This document shows, piece after piece, positions 13,823-26,100 of a DNA stretch of 64,000 bases (within the stretch, counting starts at the first letter, position 1; each line of letters starts with the position of its first letter). The notes below the pieces were generated by a model, which was not told the DNA's origin, searched no databases, and worked only from the letters and a program-made list of their open reading frames with translations. A program made the translations under genes and the position numbers. The stretch lies in NCBI GenBank assembly GCA_002269645.1, contig NIVC01001095.1:297117-361116 (forward strand), read 5' to 3'. Source of the stretch: Macrostomum lignano. Taxonomy: Eukaryota.

Positions 13823-15420
13823 CTAGATGCACGGACAGTACGTTGCCATGACGCGCAGATCGCAGTTTCTGACGCAACAGGTGCAGTACAAACCTTCACG
13901 TCTGCGCCAGTAGGAATAGCTTTTGCGAACTGCAAGTAAAGTACAGGGAACGGCCGGGAAGATTCTATTTTTTGTTTGACCGCACCGTGGGACAAATTGT
14001 AGCCAAATCGAGGCCCTGTCACCAAAACAAAAATTGCGTCCCATCTCTGGCTCAAAAAAACTACTCTTCTTCTTATAGTCTGTGTTCATTTTTATGCGTG
14101 AAAATTTTTGGGATTTTATTTTGAGAAGATGTAGTCAGGAGGCTAGGCTTTCGAGCGACTGTCCGAGATCGCTGCCCTCTCCTTATGTCAATACTGGTGT
14201 GAGGTATGCAGCATCCCCTAGGCTGTCTCCTAAGCTGATCCGTGGTTACTCGTCCCAGAAATTGTTCAAGACCCATGCAGGCCTGTTGGATCCGTCCAGG
14301 GCTTTGGTCGAATTTAGATGCTTGACAGATTTAGGTACCGGATCCAATGCTTAAATTCTATTTTGATGGGCTGAGAGGCTACAAAATAGCCTGGTTGCTA
14401 GCGTTCTCCTTGCTTGTTGGGTGTCGGGCCAGACTTGAGGATTAATTTTATCATACCGCTTCCTTTTTAAGTAGTCTTACCGGACATGTATAAAGGGCCA
14501 CTCGTCTACAGAGACGCTCAGGGATTAGCCTTCTCGCTCCGCTTTCCCCTCTTGCACCACCCAGCAGAAAAGCCAAGGCAAAGCAAAAACCAATACTAGC
14601 AAAAATCACCTCTGGTGCTTCGACTCGCACTCTCTTGTCTTAAAGCATGGCAGTACCGTTCGCAGAAGTTGGTAAACATATCAGTCAGCGCAGTACCGCA
14701 GATGCCGTCAGTGCGCCTCACTGGTCCGAATGAGCAGGGATGGTAGGACACCTGCTCTTGAAGAGCAGCAGGGTCGTAGTACTGTTGGGCATCCGTGCCA
14801 GGGAGCATCAGGGCCGACGCAGACAACAAAGCCAGCAGCAAAACAAGCTTCTTCGACTGTGGTCCATGGATAGTTCTTGGCCTTCTAAAAGCATTACGAC
14901 GTGACCTGACAAAAAAAAGTAAAATATGAGCATCATATTGGAACAACTTGTGTTGACTGGGCCTCCCACAGTACTCACTGAATATTCATGCTTTGTCTAA
15001 CAAATAGCAAGCCTCAGATATGGTATTTCGCTGCCGTGATACAGAGAAAAGGAATCCGATTTGGAGTAGAATTACGAGTTTAACGCCTGCAATCACTTCC
15101 AAGACATAGCAGGATCTATATAGACGGATACACAGCCACCCCGCAGCTGGTATCTCGCATTTTTGGCAAATCAGGACGAATTCAGAGTGAGATGGGTGTG
15201 CAGCTGTGTCTGCTGCTTTCCCAAGAACCGAGTCCGTGCTCAGAACTAAAATAGTTTTATTCTGTAAATTTGTTATTCATGTCTGGAAATAATTCTATAA
15301 TTAATCGTCGTAAAAAAACCTATAGTCTCTGCTTTGCCCGCAGTCAAAACAAGTTGTTAAAAATTCTTGGCAAAATAACGAACAGGTACATGTAGTTTAG
15401 TAAATACACAACACTTACAT
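13823..15420 (-). CDS. Insulin-like peptide precursor, 134 aa; exons 15420-15419, 14905-14610, 13929-13823
   Basis: Hydrophobic signal segment (LVLLLALLSASALMLPGTDA); B-chain CGTALTDMFTNFC (C-x11-C); short C-peptide ending RRR; A-chain CCVRNCDLRVMATYC (CC-x3-C-x8-C). The phase-1 junction G|TT is consistent. The first exon is inferred. Confidence 0.9.
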
Positions 15421-16935
15421 TTTCACGAACTTCCGTGCTAAATTAAAGGGTTAAAGCCAAGGCCAGCAAGGCGGTGCTGGCAGTCTAATTTATATTTTTT
15501 TCCTGTCTTTGCTTTTGTTATCTGCATTCTCCATCCTTAGTCTTAGAGATTGTCTATAACTAATCGCAGTCAACTTTTTAAAGACAATAGAAGAAAGGTG
15601 GAAATCAGGATAATCATGCAAATATCTCCGTTCCGCCCACCTGTATCGCCATTGAATCACTCTGAGCTGAGCAGTCACGAAAGGTAATTTAAATGTCTCT
15701 ATGAGTAGTAGTTGCACGATAGAATTGTTGGATTGTCGCTGTGGCTTAAGAGTGTGTCTGTTAGAAAAGTTCCACCCATTTTAAGAAGTGTTGGTCGCGT
15801 TACTCGTTACTAAAGTGGTAACGATCGTTACTTCTTGGACTTTTTTCCCGCTACCGTTACTCGTTACCCATGAATTACATTAGACCATTACCAAATAAGG
15901 AAAAAGAATATAAAAATGCACGGTATACAAACACATGTTCAAATTAAATACAAGTAAAAGTCTCTGTGTAAAGCCCAAAAATGCTGCAAAATACTGTAAA
16001 ATGACTATACTACTACTGTATGTACTACTACACTAGCTACTACTACTGGTATAATACTACTACTTCGACTATACAACGAGCGTACTACTATTGCATTTGA
16101 GGTATTAAAACAAATATATATTCGAATTTCTGTATAAATAAAACGAAGTAAAACAAACACTTAAAAAAGACAAAAGTCAAAAGCTCACCCAAGGACCACT
16201 AGAAGTTACCGTTGTAAGGGATTCCACCTTATGAGCTTAAGTTTACATAATAGTCCCTAATTGTCCCCTTTCTTGTTCTCTCCTATCCCAGGTCCAATTT
16301 TTGTGTGTTTTTGCCAAATACAGCTTCATAGATTACTCGGGCTCCACTTTATGAGCTTAAGTTGATAGGCCCTTTGCAGTGAACCCGCTTCACCTTGCAG
16401 AAGTTTCTGTGACAAAAAGATGACAAATAAATGAAACAGCGCAAAAGTAATCGAATCAGGTAATTTTACGACGTAATACTAATAGCTCATTATATGACGA
16501 CGTTCATTTTTTACAATTTTCGGCATTGCAGACTTATAGCATTGAAAATAAAAGTTGTTTTACAAGAGAAAAGTACAATTCACGTAGCTTCTGGTATTTT
16601 TGATAGAATTGGGATATCAATTGAGCTAATTGATGTGCGCGTATTCAATCATATTTTTAATCTAGTGTACTTGAAGGTAGACATCGATGCTTTAACTTTT
16701 AAGCAAAAAAATTTAATGGTGCTTTAGCTTTATAATCACAGGTGTCTTGGATACGTACGGTTGGTTGTTCGAGTTACTCGCGATAAAATAAATAATAATT
16801 GTCAATAATAGCTGGCATTAATTATGCTACAATTCATACCTTCTAATTGCCAATTGAAAATAAAATCTTCATAGTCTATTGTTATCAAGTCGTAAATCGC
16901 ATTCGAATAATCAAGCTTTGTTAAATTTCTTTGAT

Positions 16936-17598
16936 TCAGGGCGACGCCGACATTGAAGCTGCTTTGTAGGCCAACAGACAGGTGATGGCGACAGCTATGG
17001 ACGGCGTTAGACTCGTAGCGTCTGTGCTCTCCTCTTCAATTATGCCCATGCTCACCTTCTCAACTCCCCATTTATTGAGGCACTCTTCTTCCTTGCAACA
17101 CTTCCATTCTCCGCCTTTGCATTGCGCCTCGTCCAAGCACTTGGTCTCCTGGGTTTTGAGGTTGATGGCGCATCGCTTCGGCTTGTTGCACGGCTGAATT
17201 GTGTCGTAGACACTGGATTTCTTGCCCTTGGACACGTAGCAGTTGCTCTGTTTCTTGATGTCATCACCGGTGTTGCATCGATCTGAACTGCAGCAATCCA
17301 ACTCGTTCCAGCTCAGGTCCGTCTTCTTGGCCGGACACTCTACCGCGCAGTCGTACAAGTACCTGCCATCTAGCTGGTTGTTGTTGCAGTTGGTCACGGC
17401 GCTGTTGTTCTGGTCTTTGTAGGGCTTGATGATGATGCGACAAGCTCTGGCCAGCGGACCGCATTGCACCTCGTGTGGCGTTGAGCCAACCTCAGTTTTG
17501 AAGCACTTCAGGCCAGCCACCGGATGAAACATGAGTTGCATGATCAGCAACGGAAGGCAGCACGCAAATGCGACACTGATTGCAGCGTGGGCGTTCAT
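16936..17598 (-). CDS. Secreted, probably GPI-anchored protein with two three-finger (Ly6/uPAR-like) domains, 220 aa, single coding exon
   Basis: Signal peptide then LKC...CCSSDRCN (domain 1) and NCY...CCKEEECLN (domain 2); hydrophobic C-terminal tail SIAVAITCLLAY. Confidence 0.85.
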   Translation of the reverse strand: MNAHAAISVAFACCLPLLIMQLMFHPVAGLKCFKTEVGSTPHEVQCGPLARACRIIIKPYKDQNNSAVTNCNNNQLDGRYLYDCAVECPAKKTDLSWNELDCCSSDRCNTGDDIKKQSNCYVSKGKKSSVYDTIQPCNKPKRCAINLKTQETKCLDEAQCKGGEWKCCKEEECLNKWGVEKVSMGIIEEESTDATSLTPSIAVAITCLLAYKAASMSASP

Positions 17599-18404
17599 TA
17601 TTCGAATTTCTGTCTGTCTTCTCAATCCGAAATCCTAGAATGGAGCAGAAATTAATTCTATTTTGATTGCTTTTAACTCTTCAAAAGAGCCAAAGAGCTT
17701 ACAGAGATTTTGCCGAACTGTTTTCGCTCCCTCACTCCGAGGGTCGGTTAGGACATAGACATTATAGTGGAGTGGAGTAAAAGGCTGACATAGACTGTCA
17801 ATGCAGTTTAAAGTGCTTCTTCGCTTTGCCATTTAGTCAGATCGAAGCGAAATTGAGCTCGAATATGCATGTATGCGGCGAGATAAAGCGATGAAGATGT
17901 ACTTCTTAAGTCTCATATTTGAGCATCTGAATATAGCTAACAAGTGTCTTGTTTTATCCATGAATGCGCCCTAAAAATGTTGTTAAGAAATCAACTACGC
18001 GTTTAGGAATTTTTGCTTGGGTCTTTTAAACCACGGACTCTGAAACAATTTTTGTCTCTGTTTTCATTCTTCTTCCAGCTCAAAAACAAATCAGGTCATT
18101 CCGTTATGAATTGGTATTTCGGTTTGTCTATCAAAAGTCTGCAAGCTGGCGTTATTATAATAGCGCTTCCAAGTTGCGATATCGGGTTATAGAGGTTCGG
18201 TTCATTTATTGAAGCATCGATAAGATTCAATGCATCTACGATGTACAGTGAATGTACATCCCGTAGCTATATTGGCCACCACCCCTATTTCTACAACACC
18301 CCCAATTAACGACGCATAAAATTATATGGCTCCAATTCACCTGTCCAGGTGCACTCAGAATTTCTCCAAGTTAATTACTAACGATCACTCCAATTACAGT
18401 CAGG

Positions 18405-18493
18405 CCGGCGATAGCTCAGTTGGTAGAGCGGAGGACTGTAGAGTGCAATCAGCAGCGATCCTTAGGTCGGTGGTTCAAATCCGCCTCGCCGGA
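18405..18493 (+). tRNA. tRNA-Tyr: tRNA-Tyr(GTA) with a 16-nt intron (18442-18457)
   Basis: Mature sequence identical to the 12963 copy; T-rich terminator follows. Confidence 0.96.
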
Positions 18494-19020
18494 GATCTTT
18501 TTGTTTTTCTTGATAATATATTATATTTTATTTTTTACTTTCAAAGCTTCTCAAAACTTAATGTAGTTTGGCACGATGGACAACTTAATAATGATAATAA
18601 TTCCCACAACCAGTCTCGGAGCCTGAGCAATTCCGCCCCCATCCTCGCTGATTCTTGAGCACATCCAAGCGCGTAGTCTCTGTGCCCTTGGTGAAGTTGG
18701 CTCACAAGTGTGAATCGCATGATACCTCCCGGGCCAATGATCCGTAAACAAGCCTGAAATGAATGCATCCCAAGCATTTTTTATAAATCGAAATCAATCC
18801 TAGCGTTGCATAGCAAAAAATGAATTTTTACATCGTGTTTTGAATATTTTGACTCTTAAAAATTGCACGTAATGCAATACTTTCTACTAATTATAAGTAG
18901 GCTAATGGATTTTACTGCCCTATATAAATTGTTAGTCGGGACTAGACTGATTTTTCACTAGAATAGAATATTTATTTAATTGGCATTCAATAATGAGTTT
19001 GGCCAGGTGTTTCAGTCAGG

Positions 19021-19109
19021 CCGGCGATAGCTCAGTTGGTAGAGCGGAGGACTGTAGAGTGCAATCAGCAGCGATCCTTAGGTCGGTGGTTCAAATCCGC
19101 CTCGCCGGA
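19021..19109 (+). tRNA. tRNA-Tyr: tRNA-Tyr(GTA) with a 16-nt intron
   Basis: Identical to 18405-18493 including the intron; T7 terminator. Confidence 0.96.
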
Positions 19110-19386
19110 GAACTTTTTTTGCAGCCCTATTGTTTGACTTAATCGGATATTTTTACCAGTTGTACTTTGATTTAATGTTGTACTTTTATACATGCATCGC
19201 TAAGGGTGAACTGGTAACTCGCGGCCGGCCATAGACAGTAATGTAGCGGCTGGTCCCAACTGGCTTATCATTGAGTACTCGCAATGAGTACTTACATCGT
19301 CAACTTGCTTTGTAAAGAGTCTCGACAAGACTCCGCTAACTTATTTAGTGTTCAGCTCGTGATTGCTGGTTTTATTTGTAAAAATA

Positions 19387-22300
19387 ATGGACGAAACAGT
19401 GGCTCAGTTGCAGCCGCTGCAGCAGCAGCAACAACAACAGCAGCAGCAGCACAAGTCAAGTTATCAAAAGCTGCTTTTCCAGTCGTCGCCTCAAGATCCA
19501 GCTGAATCGAAATCAGATTTTTTACTAAGCCGCTATGAGAGCGCCGCTGTTCAGTCCGACACCACAGAGATGGGCTCCGACACAGATAAAGAAATTCTGC
19601 AAACGGATTCTGAATCCGATATTCAGTCAGAAAATGAACCTGAAATTCAATCTGAAGAGACAATCTCGCACGAGCCTGATACTGAGCGGCAAACTGAAGA
19701 TCCTGAAGCAAAACCTGAGACCGATATGGAAGATCAGCCTCGGGAGCAACCAGCAGCAGAATCTCCAAAGTCTCAGCATGATGAAACTTTGCCAGAAGCT
19801 TCAATGAAAACTTTGGAAGTACCAGAAGTACTTTTTGACGACAATGGGGCTGTTGAAGCGATTCAGGAGGATGAACTAGATCAAGAAGCAACGCATCAGA
19901 TGACTTCCGGTAAAGACGCGCCGGCATCTGAAGCAGAAGAGCAACCAGAGCATAACCAAGAGGAGCTGTCTGAGGCCGAAACTAATGCTGAACCTGACTG
20001 TCAACCGGAAGTTCAACCGGAAGCAGAGATTCAGCAAGAAGCTGAGCCGGCAGAACTACGAGAAGTCGAACCGTGTGAGCAGGAACAAATAGGAAGTGAC
20101 GATGCAGCAACAAAGCATGCTGTAGAAGAAGCAGAAGAAGAACAAATAAGAGAACAATTTGAAGGCAATCCAGAGTCTGGTTATACTGAAGCACAAGCAG
20201 AAGCTGAGGAACAGCCAGAAGTTTCACCACTGGAAGCGGAACGGGAAGCAATTAAACCGGAAGAACTGCCCGACGCTCAACAGGCAGAGGAAGAGCAACA
20301 AGCAAATCCGACTTCTCAACCGGACGCCCAGTCTAATGCTGAAATCGATGCCCAACTGCCCAGCCAGCTGCTGCAGCACCGAACATCCCGGCAGGACTTC
20401 ATCATCCCGCCGGCTTCGAGAGTCATCCGACCTCAGCAACCCAGCTGCAAACTGACTATGCTATCGTCGCTTAGACGAACGTCAAACGTATCGTCGCGGA
20501 GCAGTACCGTGCTGAGCTTGCCCTATCCTATTGAGCAGTGCGGCGCCGACATGCAGAGAGCGTTTCCCGGCCAGATCGGTCGCTACTATGTCACCAATGC
20601 GTACTGCTATGCCTACGCCTGCAACCGGATGTCGTGAGTGGCTTTTAGTAAAGTTGCAAAGCGTTTCATGCAAAGCTCCTACATCAGGGGGTCGCCATCA
20701 CAAACCCGAAGAATCACAAACCCGAATGATATACTTCATCTGCAGTCTCATGCAAAATAGTAACTAATTTTTAATGAGAGAGTGATTGGGTAATGCAAAA
20801 ATGGGATGTCAACTTTCAATCCAAAGCAAGGCTTCAGACTAAACCAGCTGGAATCGAATACTGATCGAACTATTTTACTAGAAACGCCCAGACATCTCAT
20901 AAGTGCCTCCTTTTTTTCTCAGTAAGTCTGATCGACTAGAAGTCTGGCAACTTCTAAAAGCTTTAACAGAAAATTTCAAATCAGAAATTGATGTTATTGT
21001 AGTTAACTATACGCTTGTAGTTATAGTTAATAACCGCGATGGTAAAAGTAGACATAATAAGGTAAGAGAGGATTTCTCACACGAACTTAATCGATTGTAG
21101 TTGCTTCGAACTCTCATGTCGTCTAGCTTTTTCAATTCCCCATCTTTTAGGACACAGGATGTGTAGTTGCCTCTCCAAGGGCGTACTTACGTCGTGAGAC
21201 ACGGTGAATATTGCATCCTAAGCTGGTAGTAAAATGGTCCGACCAGTTATCGATTCCAGCCGATGTAGTCTGGAGCATTGCTTTGGTTTCTATTCCAGTG
21301 CATCTAGTTGACATTCCTTTTTGAATATGTCTTTTACAGCACCCACTCTGAACAATTTGTGTCCTTGAGCAAGACACTTAACTCTGCATTTCTTCAGTTC
21401 ACCCAGCTGTAAAATGGGTGCCAGCATTAGCTGGGGTAATTGAGGGTGTGTGCGACCCCCCAGTCATTGGACTGAACAGCCGTATGCAGCCTTCAGATGC
21501 AGTGCGCAATAGCTGCGGCTGAGCTGTCGGTTGCACATTCGCCTAATTATGGCAGCTTTAATCAATTGTTGTCGTTAATATTATTAATATTAAACAATCC
21601 ACTCTTTAGTTCAATCTCATAAACTCTCAGGGTGTCAAACTATTATCGTTCCGTCCAGGGGTGTTTATAGCTTAAAACTTATAGTCTACGAATATCTTTG
21701 GCTCAAACAAATTCAAACTTCATCCCAACCAGCATTGAGATGGCCGCCGAAAGCATGGGCTTTGAGAAGCGCGACTTTTGGGGCGAAGTTCGACCACCAG
21801 ATGGCGAGAAGAAGCAACAACAACAACAACAGCAGCAGCAACAGCAGGAACAGCAGTCGCAAGAATCTGTTGTCTCGGGGAAAAGCATCGAAAGACGGAT
21901 GGACGATTTGGAGCGAGACTTGTTTCGAGATCCTCGGCTGACCCTGATGATCATAAAGCCGGACCGGATGAACTGGAACAAGTTGGGTACGCCGTGACTG
22001 ATTCTCTAATTCAACCGATGCACCTATACTAGAACGATAGAATAGTGATCTACACTAACAATTTTAGTGGAACGTACCAGTAGCACTCACTGTCTAAAGT
22101 TGAAAAAATGTGCGTTAGGATTAGGGTTAAAAAGAGTAGGGGTTAGGATCAGCAGTTTATTTGTGACAGACACTTCTTCTTAGGAAGCTTGTAGTTAGCA
22201 TATAGCAGTTTTACATCAGCTGCGATAGAAAATAAAATCTATCGTGCGTATATTATTTAGAGTAATTTTATTACAAAAACTTCTTAAAAAATGACTAAGC

Positions 22301-25300
22301 TCGACGAATGACGAGCTCAACTTTTGCCACCTCTTGGATGTGGCATCCACCGACATAAGAGGCTGGGAGACAGGGGCGCTCCCCAAGAGATAGGGGCGCT
22401 CAGTAAGAGATAAGGGTGCTCATAAAGAGACAGGGGCGCCCACCAAGGGACAGGGGTGCTCACCAAGGGACAGGGGCGCCCACCAAGACACTAAGACACC
22501 CTCTTGGGGTTGTAATCTCCCACAAATCAAGCTTCCTACGTACGCCGCTGTCATTAGTTGTGTCATATATACTTCATAAATATCTCCACTTACACAGGTA
22601 ACTGCCTAGTATTTGAGCGCTGCCATCCGCACAGGCACTACATAGCCGATAAGTGGCAAATGTTTCTCACTCTGCGTCGCAGTTCAACCCTGCGTCATAT
22701 GCAGATGACCACGGCCAGCGGTAAACCGTTCGATTTCAGGTGGTTCATATTGTATACTGCCAATCCTGGATACTATCAGCGCGACCTGATGCAATACCTT
22801 GGTGAGCAATGCTATGCATATTTATTCTGATTGATGTATTGCGCAATCATTAAAGACAGTACTAGAAACGTCCCGCACCATTCTCTACGATTTCAGATTC
22901 GCATCCTGGTATTTACATTTTAAAAAGAACCAAGTAAGTTTTCCGGGTGATACTGTGAGTTTTTATTTAATGCTTTGATTCTTCAATTCTGCCGTAAACG
23001 CATCCGACACAAGCCGTGCGTTCATGCCGTAATTGGCCTCATTTGATGGCATTGGGAATAAGCCGTATGGCGTGCACTTCTGCAGCTATTTCTGGGTTCC
23101 AGTTTTGTATAGATCATTCTAATAATTTTTTACTCAGCCGAAATAGAAGATAGAATCGATCTGAATTTAAGGTAGTGAAGAGTTGCACTTTAGCACACTA
23201 GACTAGAAAGTGAGAAGGGAAAAGAGAAATTAGAGACATTTTCGACAAGTGTGAGTCTCTTCTTCAAATCTGAAGTTGGCATTACACGAGAGAAGCTTTA
23301 GTCTACGAAAGTGGTTCACTACGTCTGGTTTCAGTTTTCCTCGAGCTTGGAAGTCTAACACAGATGTAACAATAAAACTTGCTCGGTCCTCCAGAAATGG
23401 CGTATTTTTCTAGAAAAAGACAGAATCGGAGTCGTGTGCCTTATCCGTAACTCTAGGGTATCGTAATCAATCGTTTCGAAATCGGTCTAAAGGATCCTAT
23501 CCAATCCCTTAGGAATATGGAGGCCTTCAATTCAATAATTCAACATAAATCGATCGATCAAAAACAGCCGATAACAACTCTGCTCTCGATAATCAAATAA
23601 CAAAGACTTAACAGAAGTCTTACCGATCGGTATAGTTTTTTTCTCAGAAATGTTGTCCCGGTTTTCTTTGACTTGTCTCCAGTCTCTTGGAACTGCTCCA
23701 AGTCTGAGGTTTTCGGGCTTTTAAAGCACTTGTATGCATTGTATATTTATGCAAATTTTCTCGGGTTAAACACTTATTGCAGTTACTCTCAGGGCATTGG
23801 AATCCAGATCTACCGGGCGGAACGTCCGAACACAGTCGACAGAATTCGCACCTGCATAGGCAATCGTGCCAGTCTGAACCAATTCGTACTGCAAAAGTAC
23901 ATTGAGAGACCATTGCTAATCGACAAGAGAAAATTTGATCTCCGCGTCTACATGATGCTGCTCAGCTGCAAGAGGCCATCGACAAGCAACGGAACTGGAT
24001 TCGAGTACAGCTACTTTGCATTCTGCTATCCCGGCTACGTCAAGCTCAGCTGCTATCCGTACAACAAAGTTAGCCGCGACCTCCACGTCCACCTGACCAA
24101 CCAGTTTGTGCAGAAGCAGCGCTGGACTATGTACACCCGGGTGAAAGAGGCCACGACCTGGTTTCCGGACGAGCTCAATGCCTATTTAAATAAGCGCGGT
24201 CGAGCCGAAACTGACTGGTGCAAAAACACTCTGTACAATCGCATCAGAGCCATTGTGGGCTACGTTGCTGCAGCGTTCCGGTGAGTAGCTTGGATGCAAT
24301 ACTTGGATCTCAAGACAAAACCCACTGCAATTGATACTTTATCAGACCAGTCGGGCAGAGTCTTCCCACCCTGGGTCCCAATTCCCAGCGGGTCCTCTTC
24401 CAGTCGCTTAGGCGTACACGAAATCGACTTTTGACTAGCTTGAACTTTGAGTTGGCCTGAAAATCCACAATTATTCTATGGGATCTCAAAAAGGGTTTGG
24501 GATTGAATAGATTGCGTGCCTATTGGACTGATCTGACAAATTCGCGAATGTAATCGCCTTGGTCAGGAACCTGACTTCCGGCTCTATTCAGATGCTTATG
24601 TAAGTTGTCATTCACTTTCTGAGCGCGTGGTAAAGAGACGGTAACTACAAGCACCGAATCAAAAATGAAACTGCATAAGGAGTAATATACTCGTACCTTT
24701 TCAACCACGAATGTAACACAAGTACATGTAACTTCAAATGTGGCCTCTTCGACTGTGACTGGGGTGGAAAGTAGAAATAGTCGTAGTCTAAAGTCACCAA
24801 AGGCAACTTAAGAGAAGTATAAGTAAAGCGAAACGTAGCTGCAGTTTGTTCATCTCAGAGAAGACAAGCTGGGTCTACACCAAGAGTCAACGCAGGATGC
24901 CTTACACAAGAAGTTTTTGAGCTTGACAGACGACTCGTAAGCAGCTACCACCAGGCCGGTCGCGACTGGAGGAAGCTGGTAGTCGATTTGGGCATCAAGT
25001 GGAGCAACATTATTTGTGAAGGAAGATCGTGTTTGCAGTGAGCGACAAAAGTTGTCGTACTAGAGAAGAATTGAAAGCTCTCTTGCTTCTAGCGTTTAAG
25101 CTTAACAATTATTAATCCCTGAATTCAGAAGCCTCAAAATATGAAACAGAGCGTCTGATCAGTGAACCAAATAACTGACTTTACTGCCTTATAAATAATT
25201 GTAATTATAACCCATAGACCCCACCTGGAGAGCAACGCCAGCCCAGCTAGTGTGTTCCGGCTCTACGGCCCGGACTTCATCGTGGACGAAGATCTAAACG

Positions 25301-25533
25301 TTTGGCTCCTTGAGGTGAACACTTTTCCCGCCTACGCTAAGAACACCGCGGCTTTGTCCGGCAGCATCAGAAACATGTGGCGCGAAGCGGTTACCATAGC
25401 AACGGAGGCCACCCTGCGGTATCGAAATCGCCTGCCGGTTAGCGGATTAACATCGATGAGGAATTTCCAATTGGCCTATAGTTCCGAAGATCCGGGATTG
25501 CTTAGCGAGCTAGTCAAGCAGAGCTTTGCTTGA
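19387..25533 (+). CDS. TTLL10: TTLL10-like paralogue B with a long acidic N-terminus, 851 aa; exons 19387-20633, 21733-21986, 22598-22801, 22897-22933, 23783-24280, 25218-25533
   Basis: Phase-compatible GT-AG chain (2556 nt). Motifs ILKRTNYSQGIGI, QKYIERPLLIDKRKFDLRVY, HLTNQFVQK, YGPDFIVD, WLLEVNTFP; 37-nt micro-exon shared with paralogue A. Confidence 0.87.
21348..21545 (+). mobile_element. CORE-type SINE, family B, 5'-truncated, in TTLL-B intron 1
   Basis: GAACAATTTGTGTCCTTGAGCAAGACAC...GTCGGTTGCACAT matches the other copies. Confidence 0.82.
22368..22490. repeat. 20-bp minisatellite (GACAGGGGCGCCCACCAAGG)n, about 6 diverged copies
   Basis: Visible periodicity. Confidence 0.8.
24901..25041 (+). 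pseudogene. Death-domain-like fragment in TTLL-B intron 5
   Basis: Reads LTQEVFELDRRLVSSYHQAGRDWRKLVVDLGIKWSNII, then stops at 25039-25041; GRDWRKL..DLGI is a death-fold helix 1-2 signature. Confidence 0.55.
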
Positions 25534-26100
25534 TTTCTCTGTTCAAAAGAGCCTAATGGCTTGCTTTGCGGTTTTTAATTCCAATGCGTGTTAATTCACT
25601 TTGGCCCCAGAATTTCCCGGCACAATATCGTCTTGGGGACTATTTCTGCAGCTCATTGTTGCAACCAGTGAGTTTGTGGCTACATTGGAGCTGGATTAAG
25701 CGAGAAAAAAAGTTTTCTTTAATAAAAGCTATTCATTCATTCATTTAAAACATAGAGGAATTTGATATGCCCTACTTTTTTGGCTTATACGCCCAACGAA
25801 AAAAGTGACAATGAGATTCTAATGCAAAAAACTGATTTTATGAAAGAAAGCTTCCCATTGATTTAAGTCCTAATATCTCGATACAGTATTACGAATTACT
25901 ATGAATTTAGGGCAATTTATTTTAATTTAAAATTTTAAGTTGCGTCTGCAAAGAACGGATACAGAGCAATGATTACAGTAATGTTGGCAGACAATCAGCG
26001 CTAGTGACTACGCACTTACTTACTATGTAACTTTGCGGCTATGCTTCATTGGTAAAAACACACTTTGAGATCGTTTTTACAGACGGGTATATTAAGGTAC

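Noticed and set aside
18326-18658. 110-aa ORF
   Set aside because: Overlaps the tRNA-Tyr gene; incidental.
19352-19927. 191-aa antisense ORF
   Set aside because: Shadow of TTLL-B exon 1.
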